Of a stretch of DNA of 64,000 bases, positions 8,169 through 17,422 are shown in pieces (the first letter of the stretch is position 1; each line of letters opens with the position of its first letter). The DNA is from an uncultured Alphaproteobacteria bacterium. Its GTDB lineage: Bacteria > Pseudomonadota > Alphaproteobacteria > Rs-D84. The notes beneath the pieces are model-generated. The model was not told the DNA's origin, made no database searches, and saw only the letters and a list, made by a program, of their open reading frames with translations. The stretch covers positions 363,338-427,337 of the forward strand of contig OZ007020.1 in NCBI GenBank assembly GCA_963931495.1, in the 5' to 3' direction. Both the position numbers and the translations under genes were made by a program.

Positions 8169-8678
8169 CTATCGTTCTTTGATTCCGCAAAGTGTTGCAA
8201 TGTATTTTATATATTCTGTGGCCCATCTTTCAAGTCTTTTTGCAGGCGGCATCCCAGATAATGGTACCGGGCATGCGATTATTTCTGAATCTGGAATTTC
8301 ATGTTGTATCAAGTGACGCGCGCGATTCATGTGGTCTTCGGTTGTAATTAAAACGATCCTGTCCAGTCCAGTGCGTGTCGCAATTTTTTTTATTGCCAAT
8401 GCATTTTGATATGTTGATTCTGATTCGGATTCAATCGTTACACGACGGTTTATTTCATATGAACCATCATCGCCCGCACCAATGATATACAGGTCTGTAT
8501 TTGGATATGTGCGTAATTTACGCATTGCAAACGGAATGCGGCGCATGTCACCGGTTAATACAAAAATACTGTCGTCTGGCAATATTTCGTTACACTGTGA
8601 CGGTGTAGAAAACTTAAACGCCATTCCACCAATCGCAACGCATGTCAGAAGTAATAAAGACGATGTTAATAATCTCAT
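8169..8678 (-). CDS. Periplasmic DUF218 (YdcF/ElyC/SanA-like) domain protein
   Basis: Signal peptide MRLLTSSLLLLTCVAIGG. Core IVLITTEDHMNRARHLIQHE...YIIGAGDDGSYEINR resembles DUF218. Confidence 0.4.
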   Translation of the reverse strand: MRLLTSSLLLLTCVAIGGMAFKFSTPSQCNEILPDDSIFVLTGDMRRIPFAMRKLRTYPNTDLYIIGAGDDGSYEINRRVTIESESESTYQNALAIKKIATRTGLDRIVLITTEDHMNRARHLIQHEIPDSEIIACPVPLSGMPPAKRLERWATEYIKYIATLCGIKER

Positions 8679-9514
8679 TCTTCGTTTTTAAGAATATTCA
8701 ATGTTGTGCGTTTTGTCATCCAAATTGCGAATATTATTATAACAATTGGCAATAATAACAATGTAATCCATCCCGCCCCAGATATGTCCAACATTGCCAT
8801 TAACCCAACGCGTGCACTGTGCGCGGTTGACAGTATTAACAGTAATACTGGGGCCGCAACAACAAATCCAATTCCACCCGCAATTGTACATATTTTTGCA
8901 ATAATAATTTGCATCTGGTGGGCAACATATGCGTCTGTGGCGCCAATTTGGTTTAATATTTCCAGTTCGCGTCGGTGCAACAATGCCATATTACGTGTGA
9001 TATACGATATGCACAGACCAATTGCCCCCAGGGTCAGCACTAATACAAACGATGCAATCAGAATCATTTTCCATCCGGCCGATGTTGATGCGTTTAACGC
9101 ATCGGCATGTGTTAAAAAACGCGCATATTTTGATATCTGGGGGCCGATTTGTTCCATGGCATCGGTTGTGGTAAATTCAACTTCATACATTTTTGGCAGA
9201 TAGTTTTCCAATGCCCCACCGCCAGAAATCCATGGCCGCATTAAATCACGCATTTGTTCAGTTGTTATTTCTGTGACATGGGTTATTTTGTCAGTGTTTT
9301 CATCAAAAATCTTTTTTACATTTGCTGTATTATCAGTATCCATAATCTGGACAGTGGCGTATAAATCCCATTGCGAATTCCAGCGAATAACCCCCGTGCC
9401 AATTGCCAATGACATGCCCAATGCAATTACCGCCAGAAAAGTTAATAACGACATTATTGCCGTCATGAAAACGGATTGGTCTTTGATTACAGAAAATACA
9501 ATGGGCTTTTTCAT
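8675..9514 (-). CDS. ftsX: FtsX-like ABC transporter permease (4 TM segments, periplasmic loop between TM1 and TM2)
   Basis: Topology and size fit FtsX (TM1, ~100-aa loop, TM2-4). Translationally coupled to the upstream ATPase (stop/start at 9514/9515). Confidence 0.55.
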   Translation of the reverse strand: MKKPIVFSVIKDQSVFMTAIMSLLTFLAVIALGMSLAIGTGVIRWNSQWDLYATVQIMDTDNTANVKKIFDENTDKITHVTEITTEQMRDLMRPWISGGGALENYLPKMYEVEFTTTDAMEQIGPQISKYARFLTHADALNASTSAGWKMILIASFVLVLTLGAIGLCISYITRNMALLHRRELEILNQIGATDAYVAHQMQIIIAKICTIAGGIGFVVAAPVLLLILSTAHSARVGLMAMLDISGAGWITLLLLPIVIIIFAIWMTKRTTLNILKNEE

Positions 9515-10318
9515 TTATGCGTTTCCGATGTCATCAAATTGTTTTGATAATTCTGTGAAGTAATTTTGTGGTTTGGGGCCTTTCCACAACTTTTTTCCAA
9601 TGTTTTGTGTTGTTGATTGACCGGCGGCCTTGGTGGGTGCGCCGTTTGTAAAACTGACCCGGTGATTTTCAACACGAATAACAGGGTATTTATATGTTTC
9701 TATTAATTTAGTGCTGTGTGTGGCCAATATAATTGTTGTGCCAAATGCACGATTCATTTGCACAAACAATTCCATCAGGCGTGACGCGTTTTCGTCGTCC
9801 AGATTGCCCGTCGGTTCGTCGGCCAATAATATTGCCGGCTGGATAATAATTGCACGCGCAACGGATACACGTTGCTGTTGACCGCCAGACAGTTCGCGCG
9901 GGTTGGCATTGGCATATTTGCCCAATCCGACCCATTCCAGTGTTTTGGATACCAGTTTCTGTATCTTGGATTCTGGAAAGTTTCGTACCCGCAGTGGTAA
10001 CGCAATGTTATCAAACACAGACATATGTGATAACAGTGAATATTCTTGGAATACAATTGCCATTTTGTGACGCAGTTTTGCAATCTCGTCCCGCGTCATA
10101 TCATTGGTTATGTGACCAAATAATTTAATCTGGCCCCGGCATGGTTTGTGTAATTGATATATTAAACGCAGTAACGTTGTCTTGCCCGCACCAGATGCCC
10201 CAGATAAAAAGTAAAATCCGCCAGAACTGATATTAAATGATACATCAGACAGTATTTCGTGCGTGTCATCATAACGCGCACCAACATTGGCAAAAGATAT
10301 CGCAGTGTTATCTGGCAT
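9515..10318 (-). CDS. ftsE: FtsE-like ABC transporter ATP-binding protein, with a ~40-aa C-terminal extension
   Basis: Walker A GASGAGKTTLLRLI, ABC signature LSGGQQQRVSVARAI, Walker B ILLADEPTGNLD. Confidence 0.7.
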   Translation of the reverse strand: MPDNTAISFANVGARYDDTHEILSDVSFNISSGGFYFLSGASGAGKTTLLRLIYQLHKPCRGQIKLFGHITNDMTRDEIAKLRHKMAIVFQEYSLLSHMSVFDNIALPLRVRNFPESKIQKLVSKTLEWVGLGKYANANPRELSGGQQQRVSVARAIIIQPAILLADEPTGNLDDENASRLMELFVQMNRAFGTTIILATHSTKLIETYKYPVIRVENHRVSFTNGAPTKAAGQSTTQNIGKKLWKGPKPQNYFTELSKQFDDIGNA

Positions 10319-10438
10319 GATAAAAAATCATAGTAAAAAAATTTTTTTCGGTCAAGTTGCACAAAATATAAATTTATTATTTGGAATGAATGCTTATTTG
10401 TGATATAGTTACAGTAAATTTTATGGAGTTATGGAAGG

Positions 10439-11182
10439 ATGAAAAAAATAATTTCTTTTGCTGTGTTGGCTGGTTTGTCTGTGTCTGCGTATGCGGCACC
10501 GATGTATCCAACGTATGTATCCAGTAATTCGTATGTTGATGCGAATTACAGCGGTGACAGTCTGTACAGATATGCCGACCGTGAAAAAACAAATTGGTAT
10601 GCCACAATTCGTGCCGAATTGGCTTTGTTGAATTGGACGAATACGTATTCAATGCAAGAAACTGCACCAACAGATGCGGGATTTGGCGGGGATAAATATT
10701 CACTGGAACCGGTGTTTGGTGGCAACTTGGCGGTTGGTCATAAGTTTACAGATGCATGGCGTGCGGAACTGGAAGCCGGCTATATCGGATATTTTTCTGA
10801 TACTGATCCGATTTCACACTTTACAATGCAGATTCCGTATTTAATGGTGAATGGATTTTATGATTTTCAAAATGGATTTTATCTGGGGGCGGGCGTTGGT
10901 GTGTCGCTGGTTATAACAGAAATTGATACGTTGATGTCTACGCCGGAAAATCGCTATAACACCGGGGCATCGCCAATGGGGGCGGTTATGTTGGGTTATG
11001 CGCTGGAACTGGGTAATGATTTTGTTCTGGATGTGCGGTACAGATTGTCTGGGATGATGGGGGACCAGCATCGTTTCTATCCGACAGAACTGTTTGATGG
11101 CAGTGCAACGTTCTGGGTGCAAAATGAAATTGGATTCATACTGGATAATTCACTGTCGGTCGGGTTGCGATATGAATTTTAG
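10439..11182 (+). CDS. Small outer-membrane beta-barrel protein (porin/OmpW-like paralog family)
   Basis: Signal peptide MKKIISFAVLAGLSVSAYA. Alternating hydrophobic beta-strand pattern. C-terminal ...GLRYEF with a terminal Phe. Confidence 0.5.
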   Translation: MKKIISFAVLAGLSVSAYAAPMYPTYVSSNSYVDANYSGDSLYRYADREKTNWYATIRAELALLNWTNTYSMQETAPTDAGFGGDKYSLEPVFGGNLAVGHKFTDAWRAELEAGYIGYFSDTDPISHFTMQIPYLMVNGFYDFQNGFYLGAGVGVSLVITEIDTLMSTPENRYNTGASPMGAVMLGYALELGNDFVLDVRYRLSGMMGDQHRFYPTELFDGSATFWVQNEIGFILDNSLSVGLRYEF

Positions 11183-11194
11183 TATAAAATGCTG

Positions 11195-11224
11195 TTGACC
11201 CGATTCGGACATTTGTGATATCAT
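11195..11224 (+). promoter_or_regulatory. Candidate sigma70 promoter (TTGACC-18-TATCAT with a TG extended -10) upstream of the fibre-protein array
   Basis: ttgacc cgattcggacatttgtga tatcat, 20 nt upstream of the ATG at 11245. Confidence 0.3.
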
Positions 11225-11244
11225 TAAACAGGTAGAGAGAATTT

Positions 11245-13062
11245 ATGAAAAACACGTTTGGCATTTCAACATTAGCAATCACATTGGCCATAGGGGCATT
11301 TGTGTGTGACGCAAATGCGGCGGCAACTGTTCGGGCATTGGGGGGCAGTGGAACGTATTCCAGTGCATCCAGTGCATCGTCTGGTTCGTCGGCCACAACA
11401 CGGGGCAGTTCGGTCAGTGTTGCACCGGTGGCCAGTTCTGGGTCGTCGGGCGTCGCGGCAACCGGTGGTGGAACAACCACGGGGCGGGTTTCAACAATGC
11501 CACGTCTGTCGTTGGGCAGTTATTTGACCGGTGCAATTAATTCCAGTGGCGGAATGCTGCGGCCGGTGGTGTCGGGTGATGATTCTTCGTCGTCTGGTTC
11601 GGGGTCTGGGTCAACAGGTGGTAATATGACCCCCGGGGCATCCGCGGAAATTATCAAGGAAATTGACCGGTTGCATTCAGATGTGGAAAGTTTGCGCGCA
11701 TCAGATGAAAGTCTGTTGGAAAGCATGGATGCCAAGCAGGATGTTTTGGTTCCGACCGAAGATGGGTATGTTGTTATTGACAATAATGAAATCTTTTTGG
11801 ACGTTGAAAATTTAAGTAATGCATTAGAAGAACTGGTTGATGATGGTCGTGAAGTAGAAATTGATTATGATGGCGAATATGTTGTTTGGCGTTATGTCGG
11901 TGATGCAGTGTGGAATAATTTGATATCCAAGGAAGATATTACCGGACCCCAAGGACCCGAAGGACCCCAAGGTCCCCAGGGCGAGGCCGCCAATCTGGAC
12001 GCATATTCAACAACAGAACAGATGAATTTTGCAATTGCAAATGCAATTGGTGCGCTGGCTGAAATATACGCAACGAAAACAGAATTAACAAAGTATCCGA
12101 CGTCTGATACTGTGGCGGCAACATACGCGACCAAGGCGGAATTGGCGAAATATCCAACCGCGGATACGGTTGTTGCAACCTATGCAACCAAGGAAGAGTT
12201 AAAGAACTATCCCACGTCTGAAACAGTATCGGCAACATATGCAACAAAAACAGAGTTGGCGACCAAGGCAACGACCGAGGCACTGGAACGTGGATTGGCG
12301 GCCAAGGCAGATGCCGCGGCATTGGATAACTATGTTAAAACAGGAACACTGACCCAGTATTATTATGACAAGGCCGGGGTTGATAATCGTATATCTGAAA
12401 TTGTGTCGGGGGATTTAAGTACTGCGTTGACACAATATGTTAAAACAGAAGATATGAATACGGCATTGGCGGGCAAGGTTGATAACGAAGATATGGTCAA
12501 CTATGCAACGGTTGCAACGGTTGATACCAAGGCGGATAAAACAGCGGTGGAATCGTTGGCACTGACGGTTGCAGATGTTGATACAGTCGCAACATCGGCG
12601 GCCCAGGGTGTTGATACGGTGTCTGATTTGGTGGATGAGGTTATTGGGCATGTAAAACAGAATAAAACGGCAATTGGAAATATGCAGACTGTCGTAGGGG
12701 CGGGGGAATTGTCAACCGAAGCGCGAACAATCGTGGGGGCCATCAATGAAATAACAGGTCGGGTGGACGATTTACCAACACAGAGCAATTTCCAAGAAGT
12801 TAATCAAGCTATCACCAGCATAGAAAATGCATTGGAAACCAAGGTTGAAACGACCGAATTAAATGAAATCGCCTTTACCGGCCAGATTACAAATGAAAAT
12901 GTGGCGGAAAATGCGGGGATTTCACGTATTAAATTATCATCGGATGTTCAAGATTCTTTGGATCGTGCCGATGAAGCGGTGGTTGTTGATGGTATCGGTT
13001 CAAATCGTATCTTGGGAACAGACGACGCCGGTCAAGAAACGTGGTACGAAATTGTTATGTAA
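11245..13062 (+). CDS. Secreted phage-tail-fibre-like / collagen-like repeat protein (array member 1, 605 aa)
   Basis: Signal peptide. Ser/Gly-rich linker. Collagen triplets GPQGPEGPQGPQGE. Four tandem YATK(T/A/E)EL(T/A/K)KYPT(S/A)DTV repeats. Ala-rich coiled-coil segments. Confidence 0.5.
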   Translation: MKNTFGISTLAITLAIGAFVCDANAAATVRALGGSGTYSSASSASSGSSATTRGSSVSVAPVASSGSSGVAATGGGTTTGRVSTMPRLSLGSYLTGAINSSGGMLRPVVSGDDSSSSGSGSGSTGGNMTPGASAEIIKEIDRLHSDVESLRASDESLLESMDAKQDVLVPTEDGYVVIDNNEIFLDVENLSNALEELVDDGREVEIDYDGEYVVWRYVGDAVWNNLISKEDITGPQGPEGPQGPQGEAANLDAYSTTEQMNFAIANAIGALAEIYATKTELTKYPTSDTVAATYATKAELAKYPTADTVVATYATKEELKNYPTSETVSATYATKTELATKATTEALERGLAAKADAAALDNYVKTGTLTQYYYDKAGVDNRISEIVSGDLSTALTQYVKTEDMNTALAGKVDNEDMVNYATVATVDTKADKTAVESLALTVADVDTVATSAAQGVDTVSDLVDEVIGHVKQNKTAIGNMQTVVGAGELSTEARTIVGAINEITGRVDDLPTQSNFQEVNQAITSIENALETKVETTELNEIAFTGQITNENVAENAGISRIKLSSDVQDSLDRADEAVVVDGIGSNRILGTDDAGQETWYEIVM

Positions 13063-13083
13063 CAGAGCAGAATGGGAACGTAA

Positions 13084-14247
13084 ATGAAAAATAAAAAAAT
13101 TGTTTTTTGTGGATTTGCGGCGACATTACTGATGGCGGGTACCGCGAATGCGGCGGTGAAAATTGCCAGCCAAGAATACGTTGATCGTGTTGATAATGTT
13201 ATCGCGGAAAGCGTTGATTCTGTTCAGACCCAGGTTACAGAATTGGATACCGTTGTTAATGACCCGGATACAGGGCTGGTTAGTGGGGTTGCGGATTTAC
13301 AATCCCAGATTTCGGGCAAGCAAGATGTTGCGAATTTAACCCAGACCATAAATGATGAATCCCAGGAAACACAATATCCATCGGCGGCGGCGGTTAATAC
13401 GGCAATCAAAGATGCAACAACAGGACTGGTTGGCAGCGAAGATTTAGAAGATTTGGCCGGTGATGTAAATGCGCTGAACACAAATGTTATCCAGTTGCAA
13501 TTTGATGTAAAGTCAAAACAGGATTCTTTGAATGATAATCAAATGAATGCGGTGAATTCTGGGATTACTGCGGACAAGGTTACACAGTATGATGAATATG
13601 CAACCCAGATTGCGGCCAAGCCAGACGCAGCATCGTTGGCAACAGTGGCAACAACAGGATCATATAATGATTTGAAAGATGCGCCGGCACCGATTGTCGT
13701 TGATGCGACGTTAAGTGCAGAAAGTACAAATCCGGTTCAAAATAAAGTTATTAATGCCGCATTGGCAACCAAGGCCAGTACCCAGGATGTTTCTGATATC
13801 GCCGAAGATGTGACGATATTGGAATATCTGGTTAATAACGAAGATACAGGCTTGTCGGCCCAGGTTGCAGATATTGCTACCGCGGTTGAAACAGCGCAAT
13901 CGGGTGTTGATTCGTTGACACAAACAGTCGGTAATGCCGAAGGTGGACTGGTCAAAGATGTTACAGATTTGCAAGGCGATATGTCTGGCAAGCAAGATGT
14001 GGCAAGTCGTGAAAATACAATCACTGATGATGATACAAAATATCCATCATCTGGGGCGGTGTACGATGCGTTGGCAACCAAGGCTGATGTTGATGCAACG
14101 TATACCAAAGAAGAAACAGACAACCAAATCACTACATTGGCAATACCACGGCCAAGTGATGAATGTATGGCATCGTCAGGGGTGTGTGTGTTGTCGGTAA
14201 CCAGTTCTGGTGACTTTGCATGGGTTAATGTGGCGTATCCAGATTAA
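13084..14247 (+). CDS. Secreted phage-tail-fibre-like coiled-coil protein (array member 2, 387 aa)
   Basis: Signal peptide followed by IASQEYVDRVD. Motifs QYPSAAAVNTAI, ATTGSYNDLKDAPAP and KYPSSGAVYDALATKAD, which are typical of tail-fibre repeats. C-terminal Cys motif ECMASSGVCVL...WVNVAYPD. Confidence 0.5.
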   Translation: MKNKKIVFCGFAATLLMAGTANAAVKIASQEYVDRVDNVIAESVDSVQTQVTELDTVVNDPDTGLVSGVADLQSQISGKQDVANLTQTINDESQETQYPSAAAVNTAIKDATTGLVGSEDLEDLAGDVNALNTNVIQLQFDVKSKQDSLNDNQMNAVNSGITADKVTQYDEYATQIAAKPDAASLATVATTGSYNDLKDAPAPIVVDATLSAESTNPVQNKVINAALATKASTQDVSDIAEDVTILEYLVNNEDTGLSAQVADIATAVETAQSGVDSLTQTVGNAEGGLVKDVTDLQGDMSGKQDVASRENTITDDDTKYPSSGAVYDALATKADVDATYTKEETDNQITTLAIPRPSDECMASSGVCVLSVTSSGDFAWVNVAYPD

Positions 14248-14305
14248 TTTGGCTGGGGCAAAACAAAGAGATATAAAGAGAAAAAAATAAAACAGGAGAA
14301 AACAA

Positions 14306-15580
14306 ATGAAAAAATTAACCGCAGGTATATTTGCAACCTTATTAGCTGTTGTGTCGGTTGGTGCCGCACGCGCTGATATCGCGTCCAGCCAATATGTTGA
14401 TGACAAGGTTGATACCGTTGAAACATCTGTAACAACATTGTCTGGACGGGTTGATACCGCCGAAGAGGGAATTGAAACATTGGGAACAAAATTGGATGCC
14501 AAGTTGGATTCTGCAACAGCGGCCAGCACGTATGCAACCCAATCAGCATTAACAAGTGGTTTGGCGAACAAGCAAGATAAAGCACTGATTACATCAGCAG
14601 AATATGCGGAACATATATCCAGTGAAACAGGTTATCCATCTGTGGCGGCAGTAGAAGCGGCAATTGATGCGGCAACCGATGGGGTGGTTACCGATGTGTC
14701 GGACAAGGTTGATATTGCCCAGGGCGCTGGTGCCGCGAACAAGGCTGTTATTACTGGGGCGGATGGTAATATTACAACTGGTGAAGTTACCAGCGGCATG
14801 ATTGCAGATGGTACAATCGTTAATGCAGATATTTCCGCATCGGCGGCCATTGAGGCATCAAAAATTACAGGTCTGGGTGGTTTGGCCAGTCAAGATACTG
14901 TTGGTGCCGGTGATATTGAAGCGGGCGCAATCGTTAATGCAGATATTTCCGCGTCGGCAGCCATTGATCAATCAAAAATTAATGGATTAGAAGCATCGTT
15001 GGGTGCAAAAGAAAATGTTGCTAATCGTGTTACAACGACAACATGGAATGCAAACAAGAACAGTGATGAAATGTATCCGACAGCGGGTGCGGTCAATGCC
15101 GCAATTACAACCGCAACGTCTGGTATTACAACAGATATATCTGAATTGACGACCCAGGTTGAAGAAAATACCCAGGGTATCGCTGATAACGCAAGTGATA
15201 TATCAACCAATACATCGGCGATTGGTACTTTGACCAGTTTGACAACCACAGAACAAGGAAACTTGGTTGGTGCGATTAATGAAGTGGCCGGTGAGGTTGC
15301 GGATGTTTCGGGTGATATTGCATTAAAACAGAATATCACAGATAACACATTCACAACAGCGGCGAAGACGGTACCGGGTGCTGTTAATGAATTGAAAACC
15401 GCGGTTGATGCGGCCGCAGATGCGGCAGAAGCAGCCCAGACGGCGGCCGATGCCAAGATCCCAATGCCAAGTGGCGAATGCAGCAACCCAACAAACAAAT
15501 GCGTATTAGTATCAAATGGTACAAGTTCGTTTGAATGGGAAGTTGTTGCCCGTGGTGTGTCACCGGATGTTGGTGAATAA
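14306..15580 (+). CDS. Secreted phage-tail-fibre-like coiled-coil protein (array member 3, 424 aa)
   Basis: Signal peptide followed by DIASSQYVDDKVD. Motifs GYPSVAAVEAAIDAATDG and MYPTAGAVNAAITTATSG. Duplicated block GTIVNADISASAAIEASKITGLGG / GAIVNADISASAAIDQSKINGLEA. C-terminus GECSNPTNKCVLVSNGTSSFEWEVV. Confidence 0.5.
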   Translation: MKKLTAGIFATLLAVVSVGAARADIASSQYVDDKVDTVETSVTTLSGRVDTAEEGIETLGTKLDAKLDSATAASTYATQSALTSGLANKQDKALITSAEYAEHISSETGYPSVAAVEAAIDAATDGVVTDVSDKVDIAQGAGAANKAVITGADGNITTGEVTSGMIADGTIVNADISASAAIEASKITGLGGLASQDTVGAGDIEAGAIVNADISASAAIDQSKINGLEASLGAKENVANRVTTTTWNANKNSDEMYPTAGAVNAAITTATSGITTDISELTTQVEENTQGIADNASDISTNTSAIGTLTSLTTTEQGNLVGAINEVAGEVADVSGDIALKQNITDNTFTTAAKTVPGAVNELKTAVDAAADAAEAAQTAADAKIPMPSGECSNPTNKCVLVSNGTSSFEWEVVARGVSPDVGE

Positions 15581-15596
15581 TTTTACCGATAAGATT

Positions 15597-15628
15597 CTGT
15601 GTGTGATGCGTGGTGCGTCACACACAGA
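15597..15628. promoter_or_regulatory. Near-perfect 11-13 bp inverted repeat (TCTGTGTGTGA-N-TCACACACAGA) in the spacer between array genes 3 and 4
   Basis: tctgtgtgtgatgcgtggtgcgtcacacacaga. No T-run follows, so it is more likely an operator or RNA-processing hairpin than a terminator. Confidence 0.35.
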
Positions 15629-15698
15629 AGGATAAAAATGGGTATAAGTGGTGCGCAACGTAACGGTAATGTGAACATTTAGTTTTGTTTATGTAAAT

Positions 15699-16736
15699 GT
15701 GATGCTGAAAGTTAAAAATATTTTTGCTGTTTCTGTTATCGCGATAATGACAGTTGGCGGGGCGTTGGCTGATATTGCATCTGTAACGTATGTTGATGAT
15801 AAGTTCAGCACCGTTGAAACCGATGTTACGGGAAATGTCACAGGGGACGGGAATGTTGTAACCACAATTTCAGCCAGTGGTAACACGGTTACCGCGACCA
15901 AGGGAATAACCGCCGAAGAAATTAAAAACAAGGTTGAAAGCATTCGTGATTCTGGGACGGCAACAAACACGGCGTATCCATCAGAACGTGCGGTTGCAAT
16001 TGCGTTGGCGGTCAAGGCAGATTCCAGCACTGTTTCCGCAATGCAAAGTGATATAGATGCCGCCGGTGCCGCCGCCGCCGAGGCCAAAGAAGCGGCCAGC
16101 AGTGCAGAAAGTGCAGCAACAGAGGCATCAGAAGCCGCCGCCGCCGCCACCGCAGCGGTCGCGAACAAGGTTACGGCGAATGCCGCAATCACGGGTGGCA
16201 CAGCAACAAAAATTACATTTGATGCCAAAGGATTGGTTACGGGTGGGGCCAATTTGACCGCTGATGATATTCCAACGGTTCCAAGTACAAAAGTTTCGGG
16301 GCTGTCAACAGTCGCAACGTCGGGGTCGTATGATGATTTGACGGACAAGCCGTCTATCCCAGCGGCATATACTTTGCCGGCGGCGACATCGGCGGCGTTG
16401 GGCGGTGTTAAATCGGGCGGTGATATTTCTGTTTCCGCAGATGGTATTGTGACAGTCAGCAATGCTGCATCGGCGGACAAGGCGACAACGGCCACAACCG
16501 CAACGAATGCAACCAATGCAACAAATGCGACGAATGATGCCGGCGGTAATAATATTGCGAGTACGTATGCAACCAAGTCGCAAATAACGGCATTGAACAG
16601 TTCATCCACAGGTACGGGTGCCGTTGTGACCGCTGTGTCACAATCAGGTGGCAAGGTTTCAGTGACCAAGGGCAATGTTCAAATTCCTGTGGGCAGTGCG
16701 ACCGGAACATCGTATGCCACGATATGGGTTGAATAG
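15699..16736 (+). CDS. Secreted Ala-rich coiled-coil protein (array member 4, 345 aa)
   Basis: Signal peptide followed by DIASVTYVDDKFS. Motifs AYPSERAVAIALAVKAD and VATSGSYDDLTDKPSIPAAYTLPAATSAALGGVK, a classic tail-fibre motif. Also TATTATNATNATNATND. Confidence 0.5.
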   Translation: MMLKVKNIFAVSVIAIMTVGGALADIASVTYVDDKFSTVETDVTGNVTGDGNVVTTISASGNTVTATKGITAEEIKNKVESIRDSGTATNTAYPSERAVAIALAVKADSSTVSAMQSDIDAAGAAAAEAKEAASSAESAATEASEAAAAATAAVANKVTANAAITGGTATKITFDAKGLVTGGANLTADDIPTVPSTKVSGLSTVATSGSYDDLTDKPSIPAAYTLPAATSAALGGVKSGGDISVSADGIVTVSNAASADKATTATTATNATNATNATNDAGGNNIASTYATKSQITALNSSSTGTGAVVTAVSQSGGKVSVTKGNVQIPVGSATGTSYATIWVE

Positions 16737-16772
16737 CCTGTGCTGTGTGTGGACCAAGGTTTACATAATAAC

Positions 16773-16800
16773 AAAAAAGCGCCGTTTGGCGTTTTTTTTG
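16773..16800 (+). terminator. Rho-independent terminator closing the fibre-protein array
   Basis: aaaaaagcgccgtttggcgtttttttt. Confidence 0.6.
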
Positions 16801-16812
16801 TTTCGGACTGGG

Positions 16813-16832
16813 TACCCCAGGTGGCAGGTCCG
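16813..16832 (+). repeat. Left copy of a ~20-bp direct repeat (TACCCCAGGTGGCrGGGTCCG) flanking a ~450-bp region with no convincing ORF
   Basis: taccccaggtggcaggtccg here, against taccccaggtggcggggtccg at 17285..17305. Confidence 0.5.
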
Positions 16833-17284
16833 ATGAATGCGGATAATCCAAAATTTTTGTTCTGGGATATTGGTATGAATTTAATGTTGGGGTTGCATTA
16901 TGTCTGTCACGGCCGGTATCATGTACGTTTAGCGGCCGCATGGCGTCGTAAAACATTCAACGATGGCATGTTTAGTTTTTTCAAGAAGTGCGCAGAAATA
17001 ATTTGTAAATGTTACCCACGGATAAAAGTATTAGAAATAAAACACAATAGAGATTATATATATATTTTGATATCGCCAGCGCCGTCATTGTCTGGGGGGG
17101 GTAACGCGATTAGCACGATAAAAACAAATACCAGCAGCCAGATGAACAATATATTTTAGGTATGGACAGTAATTGGCCTGAGGAATGTTTTTTATCAATG
17201 GCATAGATGAAATGATGGTCAAAAAATACATTGAACAACAGTGATAAAAAGATTTGGGACGACATGTGGTCAATACCCCAGGTG

Positions 17285-17305
17285 GCGGGGTCCGTGTGAT
17301 TATTT
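17285..17305 (+). repeat. Right copy of the direct repeat
   Basis: taccccaggtggcggggtccg. Confidence 0.5.
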
Positions 17306-17345
17306 ATTAGCACAACTGATACGGGTAAAAAAATCGGGGACATGT
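17305..17345 (-). terminator. Rho-independent terminator for the minus-strand gene 17423..18298
   Basis: Minus-strand reading: aaatcggggcaacatgtccccgattttttt. Confidence 0.5.
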
Positions 17346-17422
17346 TGCCCCGATTTATAACATGTGTTGGGGATGTTAATGTTTATTAATCATTGCTGAT
17401 AATATGCATTTTTATCACACGC

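Noticed and set aside
16810-16835. Possible SRP (4.5S) RNA, because of the ccaggtggcaggtccg resemblance to CCAGGTCAGGTCCGG
   Set aside because: The invariant SRP domain IV sequence GGAAGCAGCC does not follow. The motif recurs as a direct repeat at 17285, which fits a repeat element better.
16740-17159. 139-aa plus-strand ORF between the direct repeats
   Set aside because: No RBS and an odd composition. It overlaps a terminator and a repeat, and likely occurs by chance in AT-rich non-coding DNA.
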